Assembly: GCA_965224195.1 (NCBI GenBank)
Contig: OZ245040.1
Span: forward strand, 640,001-704,000
DNA from: Nitrosopumilus sp.
Lineage (GTDB): Archaea; Thermoproteota; Nitrososphaeria; Nitrososphaerales; Nitrosopumilaceae
Direction: 5' to 3'
DNA: 64,000 bases
The position numbers and the translations under genes were made by a program. This document shows, piece after piece, positions 50,855-62,221 of this stretch. Below the pieces are notes generated by a model that was given only the letters and a program-made list of their open reading frames with translations, did not search any database and was not told the DNA's origin. How positions within the stretch are numbered: the stretch's first letter is position 1; each line of letters begins with the position of its first letter.

Positions 50855-50903
50855 TAGAGATAGTCATAAAGGGGAATAAAATTGACACTAATAGAGATGA
50901 AAA

Positions 50904-51260
50904 TTAATCTTCTAATTTCTGTTGTAAAACAATAGCATGAATAGGTTTAGGATCCTTTGATGCAGAAAGAAGCGTAATGGTTTTTTGATCATGTATTGTT
51001 TTTTTAATGTCATTTAACGAAGTAAGGTTTTTCTCAATTTCTAAAAGATATTTTTTTTGAAATTTTTCTCTTTTGTCCAGGTTATCATGATACCATTTAC
51101 GCAAATCACTGCTTGGAGTAATTTCTTTTATCCATAAATCAACATTGGCACTTTCTTTTGAAATTCCTCTAGGCCACAGTCTATCTACTAATATTCTGCA
51201 TCCATCGGTTTTTGAATAATCATCATAAATTCTTTTAATTTTAATCATGATTCTTGCCAA
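50904..51260 (-). CDS. DUF488 (YeaO-like) protein
   Basis: IKIKRIYD....DG.RILVDRLWPRG.SKE...DLW.KEI.PS..LRKWY. Confidence 0.92.
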   Translation of the reverse strand: MARIMIKIKRIYDDYSKTDGCRILVDRLWPRGISKESANVDLWIKEITPSSDLRKWYHDNLDKREKFQKKYLLEIEKNLTSLNDIKKTIHDQKTITLLSASKDPKPIHAIVLQQKLED

Positions 51261-51623
51261 TTAATTTCACACACACACTACACGTTGCTCTGACACCATT
51301 GTAACGTGATTCCCAATAGGGTTTAATTTCACGATTACATATTGGGCATTCAACTGTTTCATGATCATCATTATTTTGATGAACAACTTTGTTTTTAGAA
51401 AAAAATCGGTTATTCACTGTGAACATGTTCATCATCGGTTGTAACTTTGTCATAGTCATGGTTATGTGAACCATCAGAATGACCTTTACCACGAAGAATG
51501 AAACATACTATAGCCAATGCAACTGCAACTCCTGCTGCTGCACCAAAGGCTGCAATACTAGCTTCTGCCACGTTAGAAATCCCCTGAAAAAGCATTAAGG
51601 TATTGCGGCATATTAGAAAAAAT

Positions 51624-52490
51624 TTAGGAAACTATGATTGTTCCTTGCATACTAGTATGCAATGCACAAAAATAGTCATAGTTACCTTTCTCATTTAGAG
51701 TAAGTTCAAACTTTTCTCCAGGTTGTAAAAGACTGCTATCAAACTTGCCATCATATTCAATGGTTCCAGATTTAACAGATGTTACAATATGTTGATTGCC
51801 ATCAATATTATCAAAGGTAATCATTTCACCTGTAGATGCTTGGATAACATTTGGAACATAGAATGGGGATTCTAATCCAACAATGTCAACAGTATTTTCT
51901 TTGACTGTTTCTGTTTGTTGTATAACATCTACTGTTCCTTTGTTATCGAATACTTGAATTACAAATCTTGTTGATGCTTCACCAAATAATGGATTTGAAT
52001 ATGGTACAACATTAAGATCTGCTGTAATCAAGTATGTTCCTGCTTGAAAAAATGTGTGAGTTGATGAAATTACACCACGATGACCATGATATGCACCGTT
52101 TAATGGAATTGGTATTGGTGCGTTAGGTTGATCACCTGAAGTTGATGGATAGTGATAATATCCTCTACTAATTGATAGTAGACCATCAACATGTCTTGCG
52201 TCTTCTCCTGTTTTTGCGTCGTTTACGTCTATGAGTAAGGTGGTTGGTTCTCCTACAACAATTCTCTCAGGTTAAGTAGAGAGAGTTACCATAATTTCAG
52301 TATCAGGTTGAGATTCTGCCAATGTGATAGTTTTACCTTGGTTTACTACGTTTACAGAAAATTCAAATAATGTATTTTCAGCTGAAACGTATAGATTTGA
52401 ATTTGACTGGGCATAAGTTACAGATACAAGAGAAAGTAAAGATATTGAAAATAAAATAAATAAAATATAATTTTTCATAATATTATACAA
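51624..52490 (-). pseudogene. Chimeric, stop-interrupted gene ending in a cupredoxin (plastocyanin-like) domain
   Basis: C-terminal H..T...FDS..L.PG..F...G.YDYFC.LH.SMQGTI.V. An in-frame TAA lies at 52272-52274. The N-terminus (AQSNSNLYVSAEN) appears to come from a different secreted protein. Confidence 0.65.
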
Positions 52491-52565
52491 AACAAGATCT
52501 TCATAAAGTATTCTTAAAATTGTTAAATTTTTTCACAATTCTTTGATTTTAAAATTCTAGTGAAA

Positions 52566-52994
52566 TTAGGAATAATATTCCTTGAATCCTTTATCTGTTG
52601 GAAGCAATTCAGTTTTTGGACCAAACATGCCTTGTTTATGAACTACTTTTAGTAATCCGTTTTTTTCTAAATTTTCCAAAATAGGATCAAGATCTTGACT
52701 ATCTAATCCAGTATTTTTTTGGATACTTTCAAAAGATTTTGAACCTCTGTTTAGCGCTCCTAAAACAAGATCATTTTTTGATTGAGGTTTAGAAGGATCG
52801 GTTCTAGGTTCAAAGGATTCTGATGGATGTTCTTGAGTGGGTTTAACAAAACTAGGTTCAAAAGGTTTTGATTGTTGAGGTTGAATGAAACTTTTTCCTA
52901 TACCTCTTTTTGCCAAAAGACGTGGGATAATTCTAGCTAGTGGAATTGCCAGGAAAATTATGATATAAATCCATGAAAAGTTAGGATCTGCCAT
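52566..52994 (-). CDS. Membrane-anchored winged-helix protein
   Basis: N-terminal TM, Pro-rich linker and a C-terminal wHTH-like region (L..LEK.GL...T.KG). Confidence 0.7.
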   Translation of the reverse strand: MADPNFSWIYIIIFLAIPLARIIPRLLAKRGIGKSFIQPQQSKPFEPSFVKPTQEHPSESFEPRTDPSKPQSKNDLVLGALNRGSKSFESIQKNTGLDSQDLDPILENLEKNGLLKVVHKQGMFGPKTELLPTDKGFKEYYS

Positions 52995-53099
52995 TAATTA
53001 TACCATACATGAAGGGCATAAATTTGTTAAGGGAGGAATTCAATTTTTCAAAAAAGGCCATTAGGTTAGTATAATAATAGAAGATAGATACCAGAGACA

Positions 53100-53963
53100 T
53101 TGTCAAAGTATCAATCTCCTAAAGTAAATGTAAACATGGGTCCAATGAAGGCAATTCTAATATCTGTTCTTCTTCTAATTATTATCGGTGTTGTAGCATC
53201 AGCCTCAGTCAAAATAGTAGATGCAGGTAACAGAGGTGTACTATTACATTGGAACGCAGTTGATCTTTCTTCACCCCCACTAGATGAGGGAATACATTTC
53301 CTTGTTCCATTCCAAGATGATATTGTACAAATGGAAGTTCGTACTCTAAAGTATGACAAAGATACTAGAAGTGCATCAAAAGACCTTCAATCAGTGGAGA
53401 CAACAGTAACTGTCAACTATCATCCAGATAAAGAACAAGTTCACGTATTATTCAAAGAAATTGGTCTAGATTATGAAAATAGAGTTATTCAGCCAGCAAT
53501 TGAGGAGACAGTAAAACAAGTAACTGCAAATTATAATGCTGAAGAATTAATCACAAAAAGACCATTAGTAAAAGCAGACATTGAAAATGCAATTAGAGAG
53601 AGATTAAACCAATTTGATGTCGTAACTGAAGTAATCTCAATTACAGATTTTGAATTCTCAGTATTATTCAACAAAGCAATTGAATCCAAAGTAGAAGCAG
53701 AACAAAACGCACTAAGGGCAGAAAACGACTTGAGAAGAATAGAGGTTGAAGCCAGACAACATGAAGCCACAGCAGAAGGCCTTGCAGCAGCAAATATTGC
53801 AGAATCTAAAGGGGAAGCAGAAGCAATAGCCATCATCAATAAAGCATTAGCTGAAAATCCAAATTATTTGGAATGGTTAAAAATACAAAATTGGGACGGA
53901 GTATTACCTCTAGTAGTAGGTGAAGGTGGAACTCCATTCATTCAAATTCCAACTAAACCTTAG
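53100..53963 (+). CDS. Prohibitin/SPFH family protein
   Basis: Motifs IVDAGNRGV, SKDLQ, NAEELITKR, AIESKVEAEQ and WDGVLP. Confidence 0.92.
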   Translation: MSKYQSPKVNVNMGPMKAILISVLLLIIIGVVASASVKIVDAGNRGVLLHWNAVDLSSPPLDEGIHFLVPFQDDIVQMEVRTLKYDKDTRSASKDLQSVETTVTVNYHPDKEQVHVLFKEIGLDYENRVIQPAIEETVKQVTANYNAEELITKRPLVKADIENAIRERLNQFDVVTEVISITDFEFSVLFNKAIESKVEAEQNALRAENDLRRIEVEARQHEATAEGLAAANIAESKGEAEAIAIINKALAENPNYLEWLKIQNWDGVLPLVVGEGGTPFIQIPTKP

Positions 53964-53975
53964 TAATTTAGAAAA

Positions 53976-54275
53976 TTATTTTTTATCTCTAGTATTTTCT
54001 CTAATTGCATCATACATTGCAAGAAATTGTTCAGGTTCATTTTGTCTATAATTTTTTTCAAGATTTTGAATTTCTTGATGTGAGATTTGTTCTCCCTTAT
54101 TTTCATAGTATTCTTTAATTATTTGAGACGGGGTTTTTTTGATATTATATTTTTTCAAGGATTTATTGATAGACATTTTACAATACAAATCATAAATTAA
54201 AAATCGATAAGCAAGATAACTCGATAACCCAATAATTGTAACGAGAAGGATTGGAATAATAATAATTGCAGCCAT
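53976..54275 (-). CDS. Membrane-anchored hypothetical protein
   Basis: 99 aa with an N-terminal TM helix. Confidence 0.7.
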   Translation of the reverse strand: MAAIIIIPILLVTIIGLSSYLAYRFLIYDLYCKMSINKSLKKYNIKKTPSQIIKEYYENKGEQISHQEIQNLEKNYRQNEPEQFLAMYDAIRENTRDKK

Positions 54276-54335
54276 GTAATATCATACATAATTTCAGTAT
54301 TTCATTGTTGTTCTTTTGAATGGGGCTTTACTTAT

Positions 54336-54587
54336 TCAAGAATTACGCATAGTAACCTGATTTCCAACTGTATGATGAATCCCAACAACTAATTCTGAAT
54401 GAGTGGTAATTATCATCAAAGTTTCACAAGAAAAGCACAGGATTGAAGGCACATAATCAGCATTTGCTTCAGATGGACCAATGGTAGCTAAAACTGCATC
54501 ATTCTTAAGATCTGTTCCAGCACAATACACACATTTAGAAGGCCTGCTTGAAACACGTTTTATTTTATTGATAAAATAATTCACCAT
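54336..54587 (-). CDS. Small Cys4 zinc-finger-like protein
   Basis: CVYC...CFSC. Confidence 0.5.
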   Translation of the reverse strand: MVNYFINKIKRVSSRPSKCVYCAGTDLKNDAVLATIGPSEANADYVPSILCFSCETLMIITTHSELVVGIHHTVGNQVTMRNS

Positions 54588-54723
54588 AATAAAAAAATAG
54601 CACGTAATGATTCTTAAATTAATTGCTATTTAATTTCCAGGCTCTATTTTTCTTCAAATTACTGAATTTAGCACGAATTTCAAATGGTAAAAGAGTTTTA
54701 TTGTAAATGATTTGGAAAAAAAT

Positions 54724-54873
54724 ATGGGATTACTTTCACGTAAAAAAGAAATTATCATAGGCAATATTTGTCCAAAATGTGACATGAAGTTTTCAGATTC
54801 TCAAAGAACATTACGCCATATGGAAAAAGCTCATCAATCTAAAAATAAATTTGAATGTAATTCATGCGGATAA
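54724..54873 (+). CDS. 49-aa C2H2-type zinc-finger microprotein
   Basis: CPKCDMKF......RHMEKAH...FECNSCG; not in the ORF track because it is under 60 aa. Confidence 0.65.
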   Translation: MGLLSRKKEIIIGNICPKCDMKFSDSQRTLRHMEKAHQSKNKFECNSCG

Positions 54874-54915
54874 AAATTAATTTTATTTAGATATTTTATT
54901 AAATAGCAAGAATAA

Positions 54916-55137
54916 ATGAAATTTTCAATGATCACAAAAGACAAATTAAATAAAATTTCAGGAATTATTTCACTTGGTCTGTTTATAGTAATAGTGTTAG
55001 GATATGTCATAGGAAACGAATCATTGTTAGGATTCCCAAATGCCATGTTACTTTATGCTTTAATGCCTTTAGCACTAATCTGGTTTGGTACCAGAAAAAA
55101 TGGGTGTGGAAGTTGCAATCAAAAAATACAAGAGTAG
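54916..55137 (+). CDS. Small membrane protein with C-terminal CGSC
   Basis: Two TM segments. Confidence 0.6.
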   Translation: MKFSMITKDKLNKISGIISLGLFIVIVLGYVIGNESLLGFPNAMLLYALMPLALIWFGTRKNGCGSCNQKIQE

Positions 55138-55163
55138 AAATGTAATTAATTATTATTAAAAAT

Positions 55164-56045
55164 CTATTTTTTAGCAATAACTAAATCTGCATCATAATTC
55201 AAAGTTGCACGTGAATTGAGTTTTAAATTCCACGACACATGAGAAGGAGTTTTTGTTTGAGAAATAATTTTAAAGTCCAAATTCCGTAAATTCATGCGTA
55301 ATGATTTTTCATCAAGTGGTTTTTTCACAGAATTAGTTCCCCTATCAAAATCATACGGATCACTAATAACAAAATGGCCTTTAGAGATTTGTTTTGAAAC
55401 ATGTTTTAAAAATTCCATAGGCTCTACAAGTTCTAAAACATTCAATGCAAGAACAAGATCAAATTGTAATTTTCCAAATATCGGGGATAAAAAATCTGCT
55501 ACAATATAATCAAGGTTATTTTTATAAGATTTTTTTGCAATTCTTAAAGCAGAAAAAGATCTATCAACACCAAATACCATCTTGTTAGAGTTCGCTAAAA
55601 AAGAGGTCATAATTCCAATAGAACATCCATATTCTAAAATAAAATTTGATTTTTTTAACGAATCAAGGTTTTTTTGTATTTCAGAATAGAATTTTGAAGA
55701 TGTACTATTTTGATATATCAGTGACCATCGTTCTTCAAGAGTAGTCCTATCTTCATGAGTTTGAGTATTAGATAATGAAGATTTACAAAATTTCTTGAGT
55801 TTTGAATTTTCAATTAATTGATAGAGTTTACCACCTAATCTTTTACGTGATGAAAGGTAAAGAGAAAAATCACTCCATAAAATGGGAATTTTTTCAATTA
55901 TAGGATATCGTCCATTACATTTTGGACATTCTAAAATCCCTTCAACTATTTCCTTGTCTTGTTTGAATAAATTTAATTCTAATTTTGAACCACAATTTAC
56001 ACATTTTAAAAATTCAAGACTAGATTCTAACATGTTCGATGACAA
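55164..56045 (-). CDS. Trm112-like Zn domain fused to a class I methyltransferase
   Basis: LKCVNC...G.LECPKC..RYPI...IP followed by ILEYGCSIG and GVDRS. Confidence 0.85.
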   Translation of the reverse strand: MSSNMLESSLEFLKCVNCGSKLELNLFKQDKEIVEGILECPKCNGRYPIIEKIPILWSDFSLYLSSRKRLGGKLYQLIENSKLKKFCKSSLSNTQTHEDRTTLEERWSLIYQNSTSSKFYSEIQKNLDSLKKSNFILEYGCSIGIMTSFLANSNKMVFGVDRSFSALRIAKKSYKNNLDYIVADFLSPIFGKLQFDLVLALNVLELVEPMEFLKHVSKQISKGHFVISDPYDFDRGTNSVKKPLDEKSLRMNLRNLDFKIISQTKTPSHVSWNLKLNSRATLNYDADLVIAKK

Positions 56046-56100
56046 ATCAATAGATTTTGAACTATAATTTCTTTGATAGTAAAAATCAAGGTAATCTTAA

Positions 56101-57327
56101 ATGGAGTATTTTGGAATTTTATTCAAATTGGGGGAATTTCAAGAATTTGCAGATGCCCTATTTGGGCAACTATCAGTTGAAATTAATGAAGAAAAGGAAA
56201 TTGTAGAGTTAGCAACTAAGGCTAGAGATGATATTGCAAACAAGGTACAATTCAAAGAGTTAGATGATATTGCGACTGAAATATTACCTGATTTTAAAAA
56301 TAAAGTGGAAGAATTTGTAGGAATAAAGATCCCAGAAAATATTTTATTAAAATTTCCAGAATTAGAAGAATTAAAGAGAATTAAAGGAAACAAAGTATTT
56401 GCAGATAAAGAATCAAAAGAGTTTGTCAAAGAATTATTCAATGCAGTTGCAAAAGAAAACCTAACAAAGATTGCAGAGTTGATGCAACAAGATACTGCAA
56501 AATATTTAGTATATTCTACATATGCTATTCAATACATTTCAAAAATTACAACAACATATGGAGATTATTTAGATTCAGAAATTTATTTAAATAAATTCAT
56601 TTTGTCAAGATATCCACAAATAATTCTACATAAACAAGGTGAACCGTATGATTCAAAATTTCAAAATGTTAATTCAGGATATCTAGGAGCAGTAAAAATG
56701 ACAGTTCTTGAGGAATTAATTCATTCAACACAAGAAAACCTTCAACAAGTAAACAAAAGGGCAGCAATGGAAGTAAACAAAATAAATGAAGAACTAGCTA
56801 AAATTATCTTATCATTAGATACTGAAACAATCAACAAATTATCAGAGTATTGTCAATTACAAGCAGTCCCAGATGATTTTCCGTTTGCAAAAAAAGCTAA
56901 TTTATTTTTCTTTTTGAATCCAGATCATTTCTTAATTGAGCAAATAGGTCCAGATGTTATGACATTTACACATGTAGAAATAGATCCTAAAATTGGAGAA
57001 TCAATTCCAGAATTATTAGACATTTACAAGAGATGGCTAGTTCCAATCCAGCAACACCATGCTGCCTTTACTGCAATGGAAGGAATGGCAGCATTTGTTA
57101 TTGAAAATATCTTAAAAGATGATCAAGATTTTCAAAATTATCTATCAACGTTTATGGGAACTGATTTTTCATCATATCAGGTGAGAAAAAGCATGGGTAA
57201 AGACTTTACAAAAATATTATATGAAAAACTGGGCAAAGATACGTTCAAAAAGATGATAGAAATCCCTCCAAACACTAGAGAACTTAAGGATCCTCAACTA
57301 TATCTTAAAAAACTGAGTCTGCAATAA
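56101..57327 (+). CDS. Conserved hypothetical protein (possible zincin-like fold)
   Basis: 408 aa; EELIH..Q and AMEGMA resemble degenerate metallopeptidase motifs. Confidence 0.7.
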   Translation: MEYFGILFKLGEFQEFADALFGQLSVEINEEKEIVELATKARDDIANKVQFKELDDIATEILPDFKNKVEEFVGIKIPENILLKFPELEELKRIKGNKVFADKESKEFVKELFNAVAKENLTKIAELMQQDTAKYLVYSTYAIQYISKITTTYGDYLDSEIYLNKFILSRYPQIILHKQGEPYDSKFQNVNSGYLGAVKMTVLEELIHSTQENLQQVNKRAAMEVNKINEELAKIILSLDTETINKLSEYCQLQAVPDDFPFAKKANLFFFLNPDHFLIEQIGPDVMTFTHVEIDPKIGESIPELLDIYKRWLVPIQQHHAAFTAMEGMAAFVIENILKDDQDFQNYLSTFMGTDFSSYQVRKSMGKDFTKILYEKLGKDTFKKMIEIPPNTRELKDPQLYLKKLSLQ

Positions 57328-58146
57328 TTGGAAGAAAAATTTGATCCATTAGTTGCAGAGTGGCTTGCATTTGTAAACAATCCAAACTACAACATGGTCG
57401 AAAAATGTCTCAAGTTTGCACAAATTTTAGAATATCCAGATCTAAATGTAGATGATTATATTCAAAAAATTAATCACATTGGAAAAGCACTAAAAGAATC
57501 AATTAGCGATGTAAAAAATCCTACATATTTGATTTCAATGTTAAATGAACATCTTTTTGAAAACTTGGGGTTTAGTGGAGACGATGATGACTACTATAAT
57601 CCAAAAAACAATTTTCTAAATGAAGTAATTGATAAAAAAACAGGGCTTCCAATCACTATTTCAATCCTATATGCAGAAATTGCAAAATTTATTGGGTTAG
57701 AATTAAAGATAGTAGGATTTCCAAGTCATATTTTGGTAAAATACAATGAAGAGATGATTTTAGATCCATTTTATGATGGACGTTTACTAGATGTTGATGA
57801 CTTGCAAGATATTCTTGATGCTAATTATGGAGGACAACTAGAATTTAAACCAGAATTTCTTGACGAAGTTAAACCAGAACAAATTCTTGTAAGACTAACA
57901 AGAAACTTGAAAAATTCCTATGTTCAATCATTTGTTTATGAAAAAGCTTTACGTTGTGTAAACATGGTACTAGTTATTGAACCAGAATCTCCTGAAGATA
58001 TTAGAGATAAAGGGATTTTAGAAGAAAGATTACAAAATTTTGAAATTGCTTTAAAATATTTGAATAAATATTTAGAAATAAACCCAAACGCAGAAGATGT
58101 AGACTTTATTTTAGAATTAATTAGAAGTATAAAGACAAAAAATTAA
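57328..58146 (+). CDS. SirB1/transglutaminase-like protein with C-terminal TPR
   Basis: Motifs GFSG...YYNPKN.FLN.V...K.GLPI, VGFP.H.LV, DPF and RDKG. Confidence 0.88.
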   Translation: MEEKFDPLVAEWLAFVNNPNYNMVEKCLKFAQILEYPDLNVDDYIQKINHIGKALKESISDVKNPTYLISMLNEHLFENLGFSGDDDDYYNPKNNFLNEVIDKKTGLPITISILYAEIAKFIGLELKIVGFPSHILVKYNEEMILDPFYDGRLLDVDDLQDILDANYGGQLEFKPEFLDEVKPEQILVRLTRNLKNSYVQSFVYEKALRCVNMVLVIEPESPEDIRDKGILEERLQNFEIALKYLNKYLEINPNAEDVDFILELIRSIKTKN

Positions 58147-58313
58147 TCAATAATTGAATCTACATCAGTTCCTTGTTTGATCATTGAGATTTCATGACGA
58201 GCAATTTTATTTCTTAGTGCTTGTTTGAGGATATCAACTTCGCTTCTAAGTAATGCAATTTCGTCTTCAAGTTTTGCAACTCTCTCATAGATGGTTTCAG
58301 CTTCTGAACTCAT
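58143..58313 (-). CDS. Small coiled-coil protein
   Basis: 56 aa, MSSEAETIYERVAKLEDEIALLRSEVDILK... Confidence 0.65.
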   Translation of the reverse strand: MSSEAETIYERVAKLEDEIALLRSEVDILKQALRNKIARHEISMIKQGTDVDSIID

Positions 58314-58678
58314 AATTATCTATCTGGAAAAATTTGTCTTAAAAAGTTATGGGTAAATGTTTTGATAGACAGGCTAGCTTTTTGAACTATAAGTTAAGGT
58401 AGGAAATACTGACTTTTTCTTTTAATGAGTAACTATGAGATTCAATTTGGCAAGAAATATCTCTGATTTTGGGAATAAAATGAATAGAGATAGGAATGAA
58501 GAATTAATTTAAAAATTAACTAAATTGGTTTTGTAATGCAGTAAGAACCATCAATTCAAACTGACATTTTTCAAATTCCCCATTCAATGTTACAATCTCA
58601 GCGTTAATCAAAGCAATTTGACTTTCAAGTTGAGCAGTTAGCACAGAATCTGATGTGGTAGGGCAATTACAAAAGAAA

Positions 58679-59690
58679 TTAATTCAGATGTGAAAGTAAT
58701 ATTGTAAAAACTGCCCCTCCAGTAGAAGAGTTTTGAGCATAAATTTTACCACTGTGTGCTTTGACTATGTTTTTACAGCTAACTAATCCTATTCCTGTTC
58801 CGGTTTGTTTTGTGGCGTACAATGGCTCAAATATGGTTTCAAGACTATTTTCAGGAATTCCTTCACCACTATCAGTTACAATAATTTTATCAAACATATC
58901 TTCTGTTTCTGAATCCACTTTTATGTTACCTTCATTACTCCCGATAGCTTGAATTGCATTTGAAACTAAATTTATCAAAATATTTTGCATTTGAAATTTA
59001 TCTATCCAAATTTCTTTATCAGTATCTGAAATTATGATTTTAACATTTTTTGAGTGATTAATTATTTTTAGTGTTTCAGATAATAGCCATGAAAATTTCA
59101 CGCTCTCTTTAACAGGGGGTTTCACCTTGACAAAGCTCAAAACTTCATCAATTTGATGGTTCATTCGTAATGCAGCATCTTGTATCCTATCAAAATAATA
59201 CATGTTATTTTTTACTACTGGATTTTTCTTCTTCATAATTTCTAATGAGGTATTTATCACGGTCAGTGGATTTCTCAAATCATGTGTAATTCTTGCAGAT
59301 ATTTCTCCAATAGTAGTTAATCTTTCAGTTTTGATTAGTTCTTTTTGATATGCATCCAATTTTGTACCCAATTCTGAAACCCTTTCAGAAAGTTCATTTA
59401 TTTCACATACCTTTGATGTTGTTTTTTCATTTTTTAAATTACCTTTTGCAATATTGTCTATATTTTTCTTAATTTTTAACACAGGATTACTTATTGATTG
59501 ACTGATATGCACGCCTACGATTGTAGATATCACAACGATAAGAATAGAGATCATGACAACTTTAACAAGAATATTTTGTGTATTGGTATTGATATTTTCG
59601 ATAGAATAATCTACAATTAGCATTCCAATTTTTTCAATTAGAATTATTGGTTTTGATATACGAATTACATCGTCATCTATTTCAAAAATT
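58679..59690 (-). pseudogene. HAMP sensor histidine kinase, 5'-truncated by an IS-associated deletion
   Basis: Motifs HDLRNPL, NL.SNA.QA, D.GEGI and GTGIGL. The N-terminus is replaced by IS transposase sequence. Confidence 0.85.
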
Positions 59691-60179
59691 CTCTTCGCAT
59701 GTGCCATTTCTGTCGCATCCATTTGCCTCTGTTTGCAGCCTTAATTCCAGTGCTGTCAATTGCCAAAATAATTTCATTCTCAGAATCATTATTCATTGAT
59801 TCATCCATCCTGATGTCAAGCTTGTTTATTCTCTTGTGGATTGATGTGAAATCAGGAACTGCTGGAATGCGTCTGGAATATGCACGTATCATCCCTTTCA
59901 GTTTGTCTGAATGGTAATCCAAAATAGATTCTGGCATAACCTAGCAATTTCATAAACGATTCAGGATAGCCTGGACTTTCTACCTCTTTTATTATGATTC
60001 ATGACCTCTAGTTCTTTATGCCAGTTATCAATAACATCAAATGACATGATGATCTCACCCCTTCTGACTAGTTTCTCATTGTATTGACTCCATTGTACCA
60101 TGAAAATAATTAGAATGTGAGATCCAAAGCTATTGTGGTGTAATGATATTGATCAGATTGTTATTTGTTTGACAAAGTA
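59690..60179 (-). mobile_element. Truncated, decayed second copy of the IS5-family element at 35030
   Basis: The left end TACTTTGTCAAACAAATAACAATCTGATCAA and the transposase N-terminus match 35030-35520. Confidence 0.88.
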
Positions 60180-60307
60180 ATGTTTTATCTTGCATACTTG
60201 TGGCAAAAGATCAAAATTTGGCACCGGCCCAGTTAAAGACCTGCAGATCTTCTGGCGTATTTTTTGCCTTGTCAAATGTAACTGTTGAGATGAAACTTTT
60301 TTTGATC

Positions 60308-61741
60308 TCAGAGGTCTTGTGCGCTAAAAAAGTTGCCGTGAAATGAGAATGGCACATGGTGCATAATCTGAGCACGTGCCTGCTCCTCAAATGTGGCCGA
60401 ATCTAGCACTAGCAAGAATGATTTTTTGGAGGATGTGTCAAGGACTATGGACAATATTGCCCCTTCGTCTTCTTTCTCAGAGCCCGGCTTTGGTACAAAT
60501 ACCGGCTCTCCGGGATAGCAGTCTTTCTCTGACCATCCCTTGGTGCTATCATCAGTGATGTCTATCTTTACTAAGCCATCTGCAATGCCATACCCCTTTG
60601 TATCTGCAATGCCGTATACGAACTTGTACACCTTGGTGTTCTTTGACTCGTAGTTTATTCTTGGCAGTTCTACTGGCTGTTCAGACAGTTTGCTCCATGT
60701 CGTGGAACCATCTGGTTTTATTATGTATCGTCTTAGCTCAGATGGGGTCATCTTTTTTGGCGTTGTACTTCCCCTTATCACATCAAGATAGAGATTTGAT
60801 ATGATGTCAGGGTTTTCGTATGCTATTATATCAACAACTATGGAATCATCAGTCTCAAATGCATTGACGTGATGAAATGCAAAAAATGCGTCTGATTTTG
60901 CATAGCGTATGCTGCCATCCTTTCTTGATATTATTATGAATCTGGTTCCCCTTTCCGGCTTCCATACAAAATTTTCAATAAACGGTTTTGATCCAAGCAG
61001 TAAATTCATTGGAGATACGACAAACGGAAACTCTGTAAATATTATATAGTTTTTTGAAAGTGCAAAGCTGTGCATGTATGCCGGCTCTTTTATGCCGTCT
61101 ATCTTTGCTATGATCTGGCGCTCAGCAGCACCGGCTTGTGTCTGGTATGCCATGTAACTGCTTACACGTCCCATCTTTGCCATGTAGCTTATCTGAGATG
61201 AATCATCGTCGTGTGGATGTGCAGAACCGATTTGTGCCTCTTGCAGATCCTTTTGTGAATCAGAGTACTTTATGTGGCCTATGGTCTTTAGCGTGTCTTT
61301 GTCAAATACTATGGGCATTGTAGTCTCAGTTAGCGATACGTACTTGCCGTCAATCATCGCAGTGTTTACATTTGGATTGTCAGTAAAGCGCGACCGTAAA
61401 AATACTGATGTAAACTGCTTGAATATGGACTTGCATGGGTCTGTTGCAAACTCTCTAAGTGATATTTCTTTGTCCTTGTCTGCGCCTTTGTATGCATCAC
61501 TTTCTAAAAATTTGTTAGAGTACTTTACAGCACCCTTGCTAATGTCGTATTTGTGTATCATTGCAAGGCCGTCAAACCAGTGGTTGTACTTTTGCTTGCC
61601 TATCTCAAATTTTGCAGGCCCTGTCCTGAGCAATGTTCCGTGTATCCAATCAGGAATGTTTCCTGTTATCTCTAGCTGGACATCTTGAACTTGGTCATTT
61701 AGTGTCGTGGTTCCCAATATTCCATGGATGCTCATGTACAT
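60308..61741 (-). CDS. Carotenoid cleavage dioxygenase / RPE65 family
   Basis: Motifs HWFDGLAM, FATDPCKSIF, the four Fe-binding His (SAHPH, YMHSF, FHHVNA, FHG), ELPRINY and GEPVFVP...EDEG. Confidence 0.95.
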   Translation of the reverse strand: MYMSIHGILGTTTLNDQVQDVQLEITGNIPDWIHGTLLRTGPAKFEIGKQKYNHWFDGLAMIHKYDISKGAVKYSNKFLESDAYKGADKDKEISLREFATDPCKSIFKQFTSVFLRSRFTDNPNVNTAMIDGKYVSLTETTMPIVFDKDTLKTIGHIKYSDSQKDLQEAQIGSAHPHDDDSSQISYMAKMGRVSSYMAYQTQAGAAERQIIAKIDGIKEPAYMHSFALSKNYIIFTEFPFVVSPMNLLLGSKPFIENFVWKPERGTRFIIISRKDGSIRYAKSDAFFAFHHVNAFETDDSIVVDIIAYENPDIISNLYLDVIRGSTTPKKMTPSELRRYIIKPDGSTTWSKLSEQPVELPRINYESKNTKVYKFVYGIADTKGYGIADGLVKIDITDDSTKGWSEKDCYPGEPVFVPKPGSEKEDEGAILSIVLDTSSKKSFLLVLDSATFEEQARAQIMHHVPFSFHGNFFSAQDL

Positions 61742-61901
61742 GGTGGGTTTCTTGATATTTATAATTCTTGTTGAAAATTACATCAAAAATCCATCTTTAT
61801 CTGCTTGATGAAGAGTTCTCATATCAAATACAAAATACTTTGTTTATCCATATTCCCTAATGTAAATTCGTCAACCCTCTTTTCTTTGCATATGTATCAT
61901 G

Positions 61902-61993
61902 ATCAATTCATCTTAAAACTGATCATCTAGACAAATTATGGTGATCATTTAGATCGATGAATAACGATATCACAGATTAATTCATGCAATTCA
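61902..61993 (+). repeat. IS5-end-derived dispersed repeat (MITE-like), copy 2
   Basis: Aligns with 8811-8901. Confidence 0.75.
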
Positions 61994-62221
61994 AGGAATT
62001 GACTGACAAACAAGGGATATCATAGAACAAGAATCAGATATGAAAGGAACTGTGATAATTATTTATCATTTGTTTACTTGGCATCAATTATGATGTATTG
62101 GTGAGTTTTAGGATAAGTTGCATACAAGGGGGATTGTCCAAACTGTCATGAATAAAAGAAAAATTCAAAATCTATAGTAAGAAATCTGCCTGGTTTTGAC
62201 CAAAGCAAAAAATAAATCAGA

